64,000 bases of DNA from an uncultured Gammaproteobacteria bacterium (GCA_963729605.1 CAVSNY010000002.1:160001-224000); one strand, 5' to 3'; positions 10,428 through 21,349 are shown, counted from the first letter of the stretch. Numbers and translations: made by a program. Notes: generated by a model from the sequence alone, not told the origin.

Positions 10428-11801
10428 GTGAAAATCATCATACTCGGCGCCGGGCAAGTGGGTTCTTCGGTGGCGGAGGCCTTGGTTTCCGAGGCCAACG
10501 ACATCACCGTGGTCGATGCGGAGTCGCAAAAACTCCGTGATCTGCAAGACCGTTTCGATCTGCGCACCGTGACCGGCCATGCCGCCCACCCCGAGGTATT
10601 AAGGCGCGCCGGCGCCGAAGACGCCGACATGATCCTCGCCGTCACCAACAGCGACGAGACCAACATGATCGCCTGTCAGGTGGCCTACACCTTGTTTCAC
10701 ACCCCCACCAAGATCGCGCGGGTGCGGGCTCGCGATTATCTGGCCCATCCGCAACTCTTCACCCAGGAGGCGCTGCCCATCGACGTGTTGATCAGCCCCG
10801 AGCAGGTGGTGATCGACTACGTGCAACGCCTGATCGAGTACCCCGGCGCCCTGCAGGTGCTGGATTTCGCCGGCGGCAAGGTGCGGCTGGTGGCGGTGCG
10901 GGCCTATTACGGGGGGCCGCTGGTGGGGCACGAGCTGCGCGAACTGCGCAATCACATGCCCGGTGTGGACACCCGGGTGGCGGCGATCTTTCGCCGCGGC
11001 AAACCGATCATTCCCGAGGGCACTACCGTCATCGAAGTGGACGACGAAGTCTTTTTCATCGCCGCGCGCAAGCACATCCGCGCCGTGATGGGCGAGCTGC
11101 GCAAACTCGACAAACCGGTCAAGCGGCTCATCATCGCCGGCGGCGGCAACATCGGCCGCGGTTTGGCGCGGGCCCTCGAAAACAGTTATCAGGTTAAACT
11201 CATCGACCACAATCCCGGCCGCAGCCGCGAAATCGCCGAGGAGGTCAGCAAAACGATCGTGTTGCTGGGCGACGCCGCCGATGAAGAGCTGCTGCTGGAA
11301 GAGAATATCGAAAATACCGACGTGTTCTGCGCGGTGACCAACGACGACGAGGCCAATATCCTGTCGGCGATGCTGGCGAAGCGCTTGGGCGCGCGCAAGG
11401 TGATGTCGCTGATCAACCGCGCGGCCTATGTCGATCTGGTGGAGGGCGGCGATATCGACATCGCCATCTCGCCGCAGCAGGCCACCATCGGCAGCCTGCT
11501 CGCGCACGTGCGGCGCGGCGACGTGGTGGTGGTGCATTCGCTGCGGCGCGGCGCGGCGGAGGCCATCGAGGCGGTGGCCCACGGCGATAAGCGCACGTCC
11601 AAGGTGGTGGGCCGCGCCATTCAGGATATCAAACTGCCGCCGGGCACCAATATCGGCGCCATCGTGCGCGGCGAAGAAGTGCTGATCGCCCATCACGACA
11701 CGGTGATCGAAGCGGAGGATCACGTCATCCTGTTCCTGGTCGATAAACGCCGCATCGGCGAGGTCGAACGTTTGTTTCAGGTCGGGATTACCTTTATTTG
11801 A
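10428..11801 (+). CDS. trkA: Trk potassium uptake system NAD-binding subunit
   Basis: [12 protein letters not shown], second RCK domain [20 protein letters not shown]. Confidence 0.97.
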   Translation: MKIIILGAGQVGSSVAEALVSEANDITVVDAESQKLRDLQDRFDLRTVTGHAAHPEVLRRAGAEDADMILAVTNSDETNMIACQVAYTLFHTPTKIARVRARDYLAHPQLFTQEALPIDVLISPEQVVIDYVQRLIEYPGALQVLDFAGGKVRLVAVRAYYGGPLVGHELRELRNHMPGVDTRVAAIFRRGKPIIPEGTTVIEVDDEVFFIAARKHIRAVMGELRKLDKPVKRLIIAGGGNIGRGLARALENSYQVKLIDHNPGRSREIAEEVSKTIVLLGDAADEELLLEENIENTDVFCAVTNDDEANILSAMLAKRLGARKVMSLINRAAYVDLVEGGDIDIAISPQQATIGSLLAHVRRGDVVVVHSLRRGAAEAIEAVAHGDKRTSKVVGRAIQDIKLPPGTNIGAIVRGEEVLIAHHDTVIEAEDHVILFLVDKRRIGEVERLFQVGITFI

Positions 11802-11937
11802 ACGGCGGCGGAAAATGATAAGCAGCAGCAGCGGGCAGTAAAGATACCAGCATCAACAGTGAGGCCGCATTTAAAAATGAGTTCAATGAGTTCATCGAAT
11901 ATTTACCGCCAGCCGTTTGCCGCTCGCTGCTGATTCC

Positions 11938-13389
11938 ATGCAACTGCAAGTCGTCCAGCGTATTCTCGGTCTCCTGCTCATGATGTTCAGCATCACCATG
12001 CTGCCGCCGGTGGTGGTGGCCTGGTGGTATCAGGACGGCGGAATGATGGCCTTCTTGCTGGGTTTCGTCATCACGCTCGGCGTGGGCTTTTTGTGTTGGG
12101 TGCCGGTCCGCCAAGTCCGCCGTGAATTGCGGGTGCGCGACGGCTTCGTGGTGGTGACGATGTTTTGGGTGGTGCTCGGTTTCTCCGGCGCGATTCCCTT
12201 GATGTTGTCGGAACGGCCGGAGATGTCGTTCACCAACGCGGTGTTCGAGTCGTTGTCGGGACTCACCACCACCGGCGCGACGGTGCTCACCGCCATCGAT
12301 GATTTGCCGCACTCTATTTTGTGGTACCGCCAGCAACTGCAATGGTTGGGCGGCATGGGCATCATCGTGCTGGCGGTGGCGATCCTGCCGATGCTGGGCG
12401 TGGGCGGCATGCAGCTTTATCGCGCCGAGACGCCGGGCCCGATGAAGGACGCCAAACTCACGCCGCGCATCACCGAGACCGCCAAGGCGCTCTGGTACAT
12501 CTATCTCGGCCTCACCGTGGCCTGCGCCACGGCCTATTGGGCGGCGGGCATGGAGGTCTTCGACGCCATCGCCCATGCCTTCTCCACGGTGGCGATCGGC
12601 GGATTTTCGACTCATGATCTCAGCATCGGGTATTTCAACAGCGGCTTGATCGAAGCGGTGGCGATAGTATTCATGCTGCTCGCGGGCGTGAATTTCTCGT
12701 TACATTTTTTGGCGTGGCGCTCTCTCAGTCTCAAGCCCTACTTCGGTGATGCGGAATTCAAGACCTATCTCATCGTATTGGCGGTAGTGGCGTCCGTCAC
12801 CACCGGCTATTTGTACGGCAGCGGCACCTTTGGCGATGTGGATTCGGCGCTGCGTCACGGCCTGTTTCAAGCCGTGTCCATCGGTACCACCACCGGTTTC
12901 ACCACCACCGATTACCACAACTGGCCGGGCTTTCTGCCGGTGATGCTGCTGTTCACCAGCTTCATCGGCGCTTGCGCCTTCTCCACCGGCGGCGGCATGA
13001 AGGTGATCCGCATATTATTGCTGGTCAAACAGGGCATGCGCGAGATCAAACGGCTGATCCATCCCAATGCCCAGTTCGTGATTAAAATCGGCGGCAAGCC
13101 TTTGCCCGACAATGTGGTCGAGGCGGTGTGGGGATTTTTCTCCGCTTACGTGGCGGTCTACGTGATCATGCTGCTCATGCTCATGTTCACCGGCCTCGAT
13201 CAGATCACGGCGTTTTCCGCGGTGGCGGCCTGTCTGAATAATCTGGGGCCCGGTCTCGGCGAAGTGGGGGCCAATTACGCCTCCGTTAACGCGCCCGCCA
13301 AGTGGATACTGTGTTTCGCGATGGTGATGGGGCGGCTGGAGATTTTTACCTTGCTGGTTTTGTTCACCCCGGCTTTCTGGCGTAGATGA
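11938..13389 (+). CDS. trkH: Trk potassium uptake membrane subunit, copy 1
   Basis: FESLSGLTTTG, WLGGMGII, VAIGGF, TTTGF, NNLGPG, GRLEIFT motifs. Confidence 0.96.
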   Translation: MQLQVVQRILGLLLMMFSITMLPPVVVAWWYQDGGMMAFLLGFVITLGVGFLCWVPVRQVRRELRVRDGFVVVTMFWVVLGFSGAIPLMLSERPEMSFTNAVFESLSGLTTTGATVLTAIDDLPHSILWYRQQLQWLGGMGIIVLAVAILPMLGVGGMQLYRAETPGPMKDAKLTPRITETAKALWYIYLGLTVACATAYWAAGMEVFDAIAHAFSTVAIGGFSTHDLSIGYFNSGLIEAVAIVFMLLAGVNFSLHFLAWRSLSLKPYFGDAEFKTYLIVLAVVASVTTGYLYGSGTFGDVDSALRHGLFQAVSIGTTTGFTTTDYHNWPGFLPVMLLFTSFIGACAFSTGGGMKVIRILLLVKQGMREIKRLIHPNAQFVIKIGGKPLPDNVVEAVWGFFSAYVAVYVIMLLMLMFTGLDQITAFSAVAACLNNLGPGLGEVGANYASVNAPAKWILCFAMVMGRLEIFTLLVLFTPAFWRR

Positions 13390-13468
13390 TCGCCCCGCGA
13401 AGCGGTTGGTACTGCGGGTCACTCTCCAAAGTGGCCGGATATCGATGATCGAGCGGGCCGGATAAGAC

Positions 13469-14920
13469 ATGCAGCTAAGTGTCGTGCAGCGGATTCTGGG
13501 TATCCTGCTGATGGTATTCAGCATCACCATGCTGCCGCCGGTGGCGGTCGCCGGCTGGTATGGCGATGGCGCCATGCTGCCTTTTTTGCTGGGCTTCGCG
13601 ATCATTTTCGGCACCGGATTTCTGTTCTGGGCGCCGGTGCGCAAGGCGCGGCGCGAACTGCGGGTGCGCGACGGCTTCGTGGTGGTGGCGATGTTCTGGT
13701 TCGTGCTGGGCCTCGCCGGCGCCATTCCGCTGATGTTGTCGGAGCGGCCGCACATGTCCTTCACCAACGCGGTGTTCGAGTCGGTGTCGGGGCTCACCAC
13801 CACGGGGGCCTCGGTGCTGACCGGCCTCGATCAACTGCCGCACGCCATCAACTTCTATCGCATGGAACTGCATTGGCTGGGCGGCATGGGCATCATCGTG
13901 CTGGCGGTGGCGATCCTGCCGATGCTGGGCGTCGGCGGCATGCAGCTCTATCGCGCCGAGACGCCGGGGCCGATGAAGGATGCGAAACTCACGCCGCGCA
14001 TCGCCGAGACCGCCAAGGCGCTGTGGTACGTCTATCTCGGCCTCACCGCGGCCTGCGCGCTCGCCTTCTGGCTGGCGGGCATGGGCGGCTTCGACGCCGT
14101 GGTGCACAGCTTCACGGTGTTGTCGACCGGCGGCTTTTCCAGCCACGACGCCAGCCTTGGTTATTTCGACAGTCCGTTGATCGACGCCATCGCCATCGTC
14201 TTCATGCTGTTCGCGGGCGCCAATTTCGCATTGCATTTTATCGCCTGGCGTTCCTTGAGCGTGGACGCCTATCGCGCCGACTCCGAGTTCAAGGCCTACC
14301 TGCTCGCGCTGGCGCTGATCAGCCTCGTCGTCATCGCTTATCTCTACGGCACCGGCACCTTCGAGGACCTGGGCGACGCCGCCCGTCACGGGATCTTTCA
14401 CGTGGTGTCCATCGGCACCAGCACCGGCTTGCTGACCACGGGGTTCGGCGAGTGGCCGGGATTTTTGCCGGTACTCCTGCTGCTGGCGAGTTTCATCTGC
14501 GGCTGCGCGGGTTCCAGCGCGGGCGGTCTCAAGATGGTCCGCTTCGTATTGCTGGTGAAGCAGGGCGCGCGGGAGGTCATGCGTCTGATTCACCCCAGCG
14601 GCGTCCTGCTGATCAAGATCAACGGCAGGCCGCTGCCGGAACGGGTGATGCAGGCGATATGGGGATTTTTCTCGATGTATGTCGCGGTATTCGTGGCGCT
14701 GATGCTGGGCCTGCTGATCACCGGCCTCGATCAGGTCACCGCCTTTTCCGCGGTGGTCGCGTGTATCAACAACATGGGCGTGGGCCTGGGCGAGGTCGGC
14801 GCCAACTTCGGGTCGATCAATGAGCCGGCCAAATGGATCTTGTGCGCGGCGATGATCTTGGGCCGTTTGGAGATCTTCACGCTCTTGGTATTATTGTCCC
14901 CGGCATTCTGGCGCAAATAA
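13469..14920 (+). CDS. trkH: Trk potassium uptake membrane subunit, copy 2
   Basis: Paralogue of the upstream gene: FESVSGLTTTG, WLGGMGII, STGGF, TSTGL, NNMGVG, GRLEIFT. Confidence 0.95.
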   Translation: MQLSVVQRILGILLMVFSITMLPPVAVAGWYGDGAMLPFLLGFAIIFGTGFLFWAPVRKARRELRVRDGFVVVAMFWFVLGLAGAIPLMLSERPHMSFTNAVFESVSGLTTTGASVLTGLDQLPHAINFYRMELHWLGGMGIIVLAVAILPMLGVGGMQLYRAETPGPMKDAKLTPRIAETAKALWYVYLGLTAACALAFWLAGMGGFDAVVHSFTVLSTGGFSSHDASLGYFDSPLIDAIAIVFMLFAGANFALHFIAWRSLSVDAYRADSEFKAYLLALALISLVVIAYLYGTGTFEDLGDAARHGIFHVVSIGTSTGLLTTGFGEWPGFLPVLLLLASFICGCAGSSAGGLKMVRFVLLVKQGAREVMRLIHPSGVLLIKINGRPLPERVMQAIWGFFSMYVAVFVALMLGLLITGLDQVTAFSAVVACINNMGVGLGEVGANFGSINEPAKWILCAAMILGRLEIFTLLVLLSPAFWRK

Positions 14921-14938
14921 ACACAGCGAGGCAGCGCG

Positions 14939-15556
14939 ATGATCGATCGAATCACCCAGGACAGATGGGACAGCCGTTACCGCGACATGGGTCTGCCCGG
15001 CGCGCCGGCCACGGTGTTGCTGGAGAACGGCCATCTGCTGCCCGGGCACGGCATCGCGCTGGATTTGGCCTGCGGCCTCGGCGCCAATAGTCTGTTCCTG
15101 GCGGAGCGCGGTCTGGTCACTCACGCGTGGGATATCTCACCGGTGGCGGTGGAGAAGCTGCGGTCCATCGCGGCGGAACGCAAACTGCCGGTGCAGGCCG
15201 ACGCCAAGGACGTGCTGCGCGAAGCCATTCCGCCCGCGCAGTTCGACGTGATCGTGGTCTCGCATTATCTGGAGCGCGCCCTCACCCAGCCGATCATGCA
15301 CGGCCTCAAGGTCGGCGGCCTGCTGTTTTATCAAACCTTCACCCGCACCGCGGTGAGCGACGAAGGTCCGGAAAAACCCGAGTGGCGGCTTGCCGACGGC
15401 GAACTGCTGACGATGTTCGCGCCGCTGCGGCCCATCGTCTATCGCGAGGAAGGCCGCGTCGGCGACATCACGCGAGGTTTTCGCAACAAGGCGCTGCTGG
15501 TGGCGATCAAGGAAACGGCGCACGGCGGCGACTGTCTGAAAGCGATGCGGGACTGA
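14939..15556 (+). CDS. Class I SAM-dependent methyltransferase (TehB-like)
   Basis: ALDLACGLGAN motif I, WDIS, FDVIV, LKVGGLL. Confidence 0.85.
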   Translation: MIDRITQDRWDSRYRDMGLPGAPATVLLENGHLLPGHGIALDLACGLGANSLFLAERGLVTHAWDISPVAVEKLRSIAAERKLPVQADAKDVLREAIPPAQFDVIVVSHYLERALTQPIMHGLKVGGLLFYQTFTRTAVSDEGPEKPEWRLADGELLTMFAPLRPIVYREEGRVGDITRGFRNKALLVAIKETAHGGDCLKAMRD

Positions 15557-15650
15557 CCGAAAAAACCATCGCGAACGGCTGACGCGGCGGGTACGCCCCG
15601 GCGCGCCGCGCGGCTGGCCGCCCCCCTCACTGAATTAATAGGAGTTTCAA

Positions 15651-16292
15651 TTGGACCTGCTGTTGCATTTCTTGGATATGATGTTGCACCTCGACCGTTA
15701 CCTCACCGAGCTGGTGACCGATTACGGGCCGTGGGTGTACGGTATTTTGTTCCTGATCATCTTTTGCGAAACCGGCCTGGTGGTCACGCCGTTTCTGCCG
15801 GGCGATTCCTTGCTGTTCGTGGCGGGCATGCTGGCCGGCGCCGGCCTGCTCGATCCGACCTGGCTGATGCTGCTGCTGATACTCGCCGCCATCCTCGGCG
15901 ACAGCGTCAACTACAGCATCGGCCGCTGGGTCGGTCCTGCGGTGTTTCGCAAGGAAGAAGGGCGTTTCTTTAAAAAGAAACACCTTGAACATACCCAGCG
16001 CTTCTACGAAAGACACGGCGGCAAAACCATCATCATCGCCCGTTTCGTGCCTATCCTGCGTACCTTCGCGCCTTTCGTAGCGGGCATCGGCAATATGGTT
16101 TACCGGCGCTTCCTGGCGTATAACGTGGCCGGCGCGATACTCTGGGTCGTTTCTTTAGTGACGGCGGGTTATTTTCTCGGCGACCTGCCGGTGATCAAAG
16201 ACAATCTCACCGCGGTCATCTTCGGCATCATCTTCCTCTCCCTCCTGCCGGGTTTGATCGAATATTGGCGGCATCGCCGCGCGGGGGGATGA
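15651..16292 (+). CDS. dedA: DedA family membrane protein
   Basis: [38 protein letters not shown]. Confidence 0.95.
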   Translation: MDLLLHFLDMMLHLDRYLTELVTDYGPWVYGILFLIIFCETGLVVTPFLPGDSLLFVAGMLAGAGLLDPTWLMLLLILAAILGDSVNYSIGRWVGPAVFRKEEGRFFKKKHLEHTQRFYERHGGKTIIIARFVPILRTFAPFVAGIGNMVYRRFLAYNVAGAILWVVSLVTAGYFLGDLPVIKDNLTAVIFGIIFLSLLPGLIEYWRHRRAGG

Positions 16293-16512
16293 CCATGTCC
16301 TTAGGCCGATGTAAAAAATGGCGTACCAGCAAGCGGAGCCGGACCCCGCGCCCGTCAATCCAGCACCCCGGCCGATCCTTCGCGTGGGCGGCGCCCTGCA
16401 GCGCGCCGGCGCCAGGGGCCGGTCAGGCCGCCGCGAGGGAACGACGTGCCGCGCTATTCACTTGTGCCGGGCGGCTGGGTACCATGCCTTTTTTATTCGA
16501 GGTGCCGACGAC

Positions 16513-17304
16513 GTGAGTCACATTGAAGATTTACTGGCCATCATGGCCCGCTTGCGTGACCCGCGCGAGGGCTGTCCCTGGGACCGGGCCCAGGATTTCA
16601 CCACTATCGCCCCCCACACCCTCGAAGAGGCCTACGAAGTCGCCGATGCCATCGCCCGCAAGGACATGACGGACCTCAAGGACGAATTGGGTGATCTGTT
16701 GTTCCAAGTGGTATTTCACGCGCGCATGGCCGAAGAGGCCGGCCATTTTCGTTTCGAGGACGTGGTGCAGGCCATCGTCGACAAACTTACCCGCCGTCAT
16801 CCCCATGTCTTCGGGGACGCCAAAATCGGCAGCGCCGCGGAACAAAGCGATGCCTGGGAAGAAAGCAAGGCGGCCGAGCGTGCCGCGAAGGCGCAAGGCC
16901 GGCCGCCTGGCGCGCTCGACCATGTGCCGGTAACGCTGCCGGCCATGAGCCGCGCGGTGAAGATCCAGCGCCGGGTTTCCCGGGTCGGTTTCGATTGGAA
17001 CGACCCGCTCAAGGTGCTGGAGAAAATCGCCGAGGAGAGTGAGGAGGTGCGCGAGGAGCTCGGCGAGCGCAACCCCGACCGCTTGCGCCACGAGATCGGC
17101 GACCTGCTGTTCGCCTGCGTCAACCTCGCGCGTCACGTGGACGTGGACCCGGAAACCGCCTTGCGCGAGACCAATCTGCGCTTCGAGCGGCGCTTCCGCC
17201 GTATTGAATCCTTGCTCGCGGAAAAACAGTTGCACCCTCAGCGCGTCAGCTTGGAGGAAATGGAGACGCTGTGGCGCCAAGCCAAGCGCGAGGAAAAGGC
17301 TTGA
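16513..17304 (+). CDS. mazG: Nucleoside triphosphate pyrophosphohydrolase MazG
   Basis: LRDPREGCPWD, EEAYEV, ELGDLL, RRHPHVF, GFDW, EIGDLLF; probable GTG start at 16513. Confidence 0.95.
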   Translation: MSHIEDLLAIMARLRDPREGCPWDRAQDFTTIAPHTLEEAYEVADAIARKDMTDLKDELGDLLFQVVFHARMAEEAGHFRFEDVVQAIVDKLTRRHPHVFGDAKIGSAAEQSDAWEESKAAERAAKAQGRPPGALDHVPVTLPAMSRAVKIQRRVSRVGFDWNDPLKVLEKIAEESEEVREELGERNPDRLRHEIGDLLFACVNLARHVDVDPETALRETNLRFERRFRRIESLLAEKQLHPQRVSLEEMETLWRQAKREEKA

Positions 17305-17491
17305 GTGGCGGGCGCGGGCCCGGCGCGGACCTTGCGTCATGAGCAAACGCGGCGTCCTCCCCCGTGCGAAAAAAGTAGGCCTTTCTTTACGTGCGGCCCC
17401 GGCGTTTGCCCGAGGGCCACGGCACATCGTCGCAAGGGCGATGGCCGCGGGTGGCTTGCTCGCGTGGGCGGCCATCGCCACGGGCGCGGCA

Positions 17492-17520
17492 TTGACTCCC
17501 CGACGCGAGCAAGGTATACA
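17492..17520 (+). promoter_or_regulatory. Sigma-70-type promoter for csoS1D
   Basis: TTGACT (17492-17497), 17-nt spacer, TATACA (17515-17520), ending 28 nt before the ATG at 17548. Confidence 0.6.
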
Positions 17521-17547
17521 GCGCGCTGCCCAATTGGAAGCCCGGCC

Positions 17548-18168
17548 ATGATTAAGTTACGTACATATGTTTTCATCGACTCGCTGCAGCCGCAGCTGGC
17601 CGAATATCTAGGTACCGTCTCGCAGGGCTTTCTACCCATTCCCGGTGATGCCTGCCTGTGGCTGGAAGTCGCGCCGGGCATGGCCATCCACCGCCTCACC
17701 GACGCCGCGCTCAAGGCCACGCGCGTGCGGCTCGTGCAGCAAGTCGTCGAGCGGGCCTTCGGCTCCATGTTGATCCACCATCGCGATCAGAGCGACGTGC
17801 TCGAGGCCGGGCACATCGTGCTCAATCATCTCAAGACCAAGGAGGAGGCGCGGCAGAAGTGCCGTATCGCCTGGGCCGAAACGATTCGTTCCATCACGCC
17901 CGATCATGCCGTGGTCATCAATCGCCAGGACCGCCGCGGCTCGATGATCCTGCCCGGGCAAAGCATGTTCATCCTCGAAACCGAGCCCGCCGGTTATATC
18001 GTTTACGCCGCCAATGAGGCCGAGAAGGCCTCCAACATCACCCTCGTCGACGTCAAGGCGGTGGGCGCCTTCGGCCGCCTCACCCTGGCCGGCAAGGAGG
18101 CGGATATCGACGCCGCCGCTCATGCCGCCATCGATGCCCTTCATCATCTCTCGGGCGTGGAAAATTAA
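17548..18168 (+). CDS. csoS1D: Alpha-carboxysome tandem BMC shell protein CsoS1D
   Basis: [15 protein letters not shown]...[20 protein letters not shown]...VERAFG...GSMILPG...ETEPAGY...AFGRL is the CsoS1D/CcmP-type BMC-T sequence. Confidence 0.93.
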   Translation: MIKLRTYVFIDSLQPQLAEYLGTVSQGFLPIPGDACLWLEVAPGMAIHRLTDAALKATRVRLVQQVVERAFGSMLIHHRDQSDVLEAGHIVLNHLKTKEEARQKCRIAWAETIRSITPDHAVVINRQDRRGSMILPGQSMFILETEPAGYIVYAANEAEKASNITLVDVKAVGAFGRLTLAGKEADIDAAAHAAIDALHHLSGVEN

Positions 18169-18354
18169 TCTCGGATTGGCGTTCCGCCGGCTGGGCGGCG
18201 TGGCGATGCGGAGCTGATTTCCGCGAAACAAAAGAAGTGTTTCCGCATTTCGCGTCTTGTTGCGCTGTGCCCGGCGGGGAGAGTTTTATACGCAACGGAT
18301 TCCATCGCCATGCACGCTGACGGTAAAGCTCATCTGTTTTATGCGCGGCAGGAC

Positions 18355-19338
18355 TTATTCCGGCGCGGTTTTGCGGCGTGAGGCGGGTTTTACGGGTGTT
18401 TTATTCAGGGAAAATCTCGCTTCCATATTGGTGCGCCAGTTTTCCAGAATGTGGGGGCTGTTCTCGAGTATGAAGTCGAGAAAAGTTTTCACCACCAGCG
18501 GTAATTTCTTGCTTTTCAGGTGTACGGCGTACCACATGCGGTTGAGCGGCAGGTCTTCGACGTCGAGTAGTGCGATCAGGCCGGCAGCCAATTCGAGCCG
18601 CATATTGTGCAGCGAGAGTACCGAAATGCCGAGATCGGCCATCACCGCCTGCTTGACCGCCTCGCTGCTGCCCAGTTCCATATAGGGTTCGAATGTGAGC
18701 TTGCGTTCGGCGAGCAGGCGATCAAAGGCCATGCGTGTGCCCGAGCCGGGTTCGCGCGTGAGGCGCCGTTCCTGTAGCAGGCGTTCCAGCGGAATATTTT
18801 TTTCCTTGGTGAGCGGGTGATCCGGGTGGGCGATGCACACCAGCGGATTTTCCAGGAAGGGTTGCGCCGCCACATCAAATTGCTCCGGCACTTGACCCAT
18901 GATGAGGATGTCGTCTTCGTTGTTGGACAGGCGGCTGATGACGCGCGCGCGATTGGTGACGGTGAGGCGCGGTTGCACGTCGGGATAGAGTTGCAGAAAG
19001 GCGCCGAGCAAGTGCGGCATGAAATATTTTCCCGAGGTCACCACGGCGATATTCAGCGGCCCGCGCACGCTGCCCTGCATCGCCAGGATTTCTTCGTTCA
19101 AGTCTTCCAGGCGCTTGAGCACGTCACTGCAGGCATCGTACATCTCGCGGCCCGCCGGGGTGAGGTAGATGCGTTTACCCGCCATTTCAAACAATGGGAT
19201 ACCCGCGTTGTCCTCCAGCCGTTTGACCTGAATGGAGACGGCCGGCTGAGTGAGGAACAGCTCTTCCGCGGCGCGGGTGAAACTGCGATGGCGGGCCACG
19301 GCCTCGAATAATTTCATCTGTTGCAGGGTCAGGTGCAC
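18355..19338 (-). CDS. cbbR: LysR-type regulator CbbR
   Basis: HLTLQQMKLFEAVARHRSFTRAAEELFLTQPAVS HTH, KYFMPHLLG, REPGSGTR; divergent from cbbL. Confidence 0.93.
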   Translation of the reverse strand: MHLTLQQMKLFEAVARHRSFTRAAEELFLTQPAVSIQVKRLEDNAGIPLFEMAGKRIYLTPAGREMYDACSDVLKRLEDLNEEILAMQGSVRGPLNIAVVTSGKYFMPHLLGAFLQLYPDVQPRLTVTNRARVISRLSNNEDDILIMGQVPEQFDVAAQPFLENPLVCIAHPDHPLTKEKNIPLERLLQERRLTREPGSGTRMAFDRLLAERKLTFEPYMELGSSEAVKQAVMADLGISVLSLHNMRLELAAGLIALLDVEDLPLNRMWYAVHLKSKKLPLVVKTFLDFILENSPHILENWRTNMEARFSLNKTPVKPASRRKTAPE

Positions 19339-19346
19339 GGCTCATC

Positions 19347-19396
19347 CATATACAAAAGTAAATGACAAATAAAAAAATAATTAACTGTTTTTTATC
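19347..19396. promoter_or_regulatory. Probable CbbR operator / divergent cbbR-cbbL promoter region
   Basis: AT-rich tract catatacaaaagtaaatgacaaataaaaaaataattaactgttttttat next to the cbbR start, where LysR T-N11-A boxes are expected. Confidence 0.6.
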
Positions 19397-19535
19397 AAAC
19401 ACCCTCCCTATAGTCAACCGCCTGGCCACCAGTCCATGACTGGGGCCGGCAAGATTGATCCCTATGGATTCGTCATGGTGGTTCCGGGCCTCACGCTCGG
19501 ACGTTGCGGAAGCTAGATTTCGAGAGGACTAAATC

Positions 19536-20948
19536 ATGGCCAAGACTTACCAAGCGGGCGTGCAAGATTACCGGCAAATGTACTGGACGCCGGACTATGT
19601 GCCCCTAGATACCGACATATTAGCGTGCTTCAAGATCACCCCCCAGGCCGGTGTACCCCGGGAAGAAGCCGCCGCCGCCGTGGCCGCCGAGTCGTCCACC
19701 GGCACCTGGACCACGGTGTGGACCGACCTGTTGACCGACATGGAGTTTTACAAGGGCCGCGCCTATCGCATTGAAGACGTGCCCGGCGACAAAGAGGCCT
19801 TCTACGCCTTCATCGCCTATCCCCTCGACCTGTTCGAGGAAGGCTCCATCGTCAACGTGCTGACCTCGCTGGTCGGCAACGTGTTCGGCTTCAAGGCGAT
19901 ACGTTATCTGCGCCTGGAAGACATCCGTTTCCCCATCGCCTACATCAAAACCTGCTTGGGCCCGCCGAACGGCATCCAAGTCGAGCGCGACAAGCTCAAC
20001 AAATACGGCCGTCCGCTGCTCGGTTGCACCATCAAACCCAAGCTGGGTCTCTCCGCCAAGAACTACGGCCGCGCCGTGTACGAATGTTTGCGCGGCGGTC
20101 TGGATCTGACCAAGGACGACGAGAACATCAACTCCCAGCCCTTCATGCGCTGGCAGAACCGTTTTGAATTCGTCGCCGAAGCCGTGCTGAAGGCGCAGGC
20201 CGAGACCGGCGAGCGCAAGGGTCACTACCTCAACGTCACCGCGCCCGATCCGGAAGCGATGTACGAGCGCGCCGAGTTCGCCAAAGAACTGGGCATGCCC
20301 ATCATCATGCACGACTTCTTGACCGGCGGTTTCACCGCTAACACCGGTCTCGCCAAGTGGTGCCGCAAGAACGGCATGTTGCTGCACATCCACCGCGCCA
20401 TGCACGCCGTGCTCGACCGCCACCCCAAACACGGTATCCACTTCCGCGTCTTGGCCAAGTGCCTGCGCCTGTCGGGCGGTGACCACATTCACACCGGCAC
20501 CGTCGTCGGTAAGCTCGAAGGCGACCGCGCCTCGACCTTGGGTTTCGTCGATCTCCTGCGCGAATCCTTCATCCCCGAAGATCGCCGTCGCGGTATTTTC
20601 TTCGACCAAGATTGGGGTTCCATGCCCGGCGTGTTCGCCGTCGCCTCCGGCGGTATTCACGTATGGCACATGCCCGCGCTGGTCACCATCTTCGGTGACG
20701 ATTCCTGCCTGCAATTCGGCGGTGGTACGCAAGGTCATCCCTGGGGCAACGCCGCCGGCGCCGCCGCCAACCGCGTCGCGCTGGAAGCCTGCGTCAAGGC
20801 CCGTAATCAAGGCCGCCAGATCGAGAAAGAAGCACGCGACGTGCTGATGGAAGCCGCCAAGAGCAGCCCCGAACTGGCCATCGCGCTCGAGACCTGGAAA
20901 GAGATCAAGTTTGAATTCGACACCGTGGACAAGCTGGACGTGGCCTAA
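19536..20948 (+). CDS. cbbL: RuBisCO form IA large subunit (carboxysomal IAc type by context)
   Basis: [26 protein letters not shown] (carbamylated Lys), HRAMH, VVGKLEG loop 6, [13 protein letters not shown]. Confidence 0.99.
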   Translation: MAKTYQAGVQDYRQMYWTPDYVPLDTDILACFKITPQAGVPREEAAAAVAAESSTGTWTTVWTDLLTDMEFYKGRAYRIEDVPGDKEAFYAFIAYPLDLFEEGSIVNVLTSLVGNVFGFKAIRYLRLEDIRFPIAYIKTCLGPPNGIQVERDKLNKYGRPLLGCTIKPKLGLSAKNYGRAVYECLRGGLDLTKDDENINSQPFMRWQNRFEFVAEAVLKAQAETGERKGHYLNVTAPDPEAMYERAEFAKELGMPIIMHDFLTGGFTANTGLAKWCRKNGMLLHIHRAMHAVLDRHPKHGIHFRVLAKCLRLSGGDHIHTGTVVGKLEGDRASTLGFVDLLRESFIPEDRRRGIFFDQDWGSMPGVFAVASGGIHVWHMPALVTIFGDDSCLQFGGGTQGHPWGNAAGAAANRVALEACVKARNQGRQIEKEARDVLMEAAKSSPELAIALETWKEIKFEFDTVDKLDVA

Positions 20949-21001
20949 GGCCGCGTCTCTCCACGCAACGAGTCAACTAACGGAACCACGAGGTAAAGAT
21001 C

Positions 21002-21349
21002 ATGAGAAACGACGCAAACAACATGGGTGATTATCAAACCAAGCAGACCTTCGAGACCTTCTCGTTTCTGCCGCAGTTTTCGCAACAGGACGTGTTTGCC
21101 CAAGTGGAATACATCATCGCCCAAGGCTGGAATCCGGGTATCGAACACGAGCATCCCAGTAGCGCCTTCAATCATTACTGGACGATGTGGAAGTTGCCTT
21201 TCTTCGGTGAGAAGGACCCCACGCGGGTATGGGCGGAGTTGGAAGCTTGCCGTCGCGCCTACCCCGACCACCACATTCGCCTGATCGGGTATGACAACTA
21301 TGCCCAATCGCAGGGGATGCAGCTGGTGGTGTTCCGCGGCCGCAGCTGA
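21002..21349 (+). CDS. cbbS: RuBisCO small subunit
   Basis: GDYQT..TFETFSFLP, QGWNP.IEH, YWTMWKLPFFG, IGYDNY.Q; the start could be 21023. Confidence 0.98.
   Translation: MRNDANNMGDYQTKQTFETFSFLPQFSQQDVFAQVEYIIAQGWNPGIEHEHPSSAFNHYWTMWKLPFFGEKDPTRVWAELEACRRAYPDHHIRLIGYDNYAQSQGMQLVVFRGRS

Noticed and set aside
17305-17547. 81-aa N-terminal extension on CsoS1D in the ORF track
   Set aside because: Similarity begins at MIKLRTY (17548) and a promoter lies within the supposed extension.
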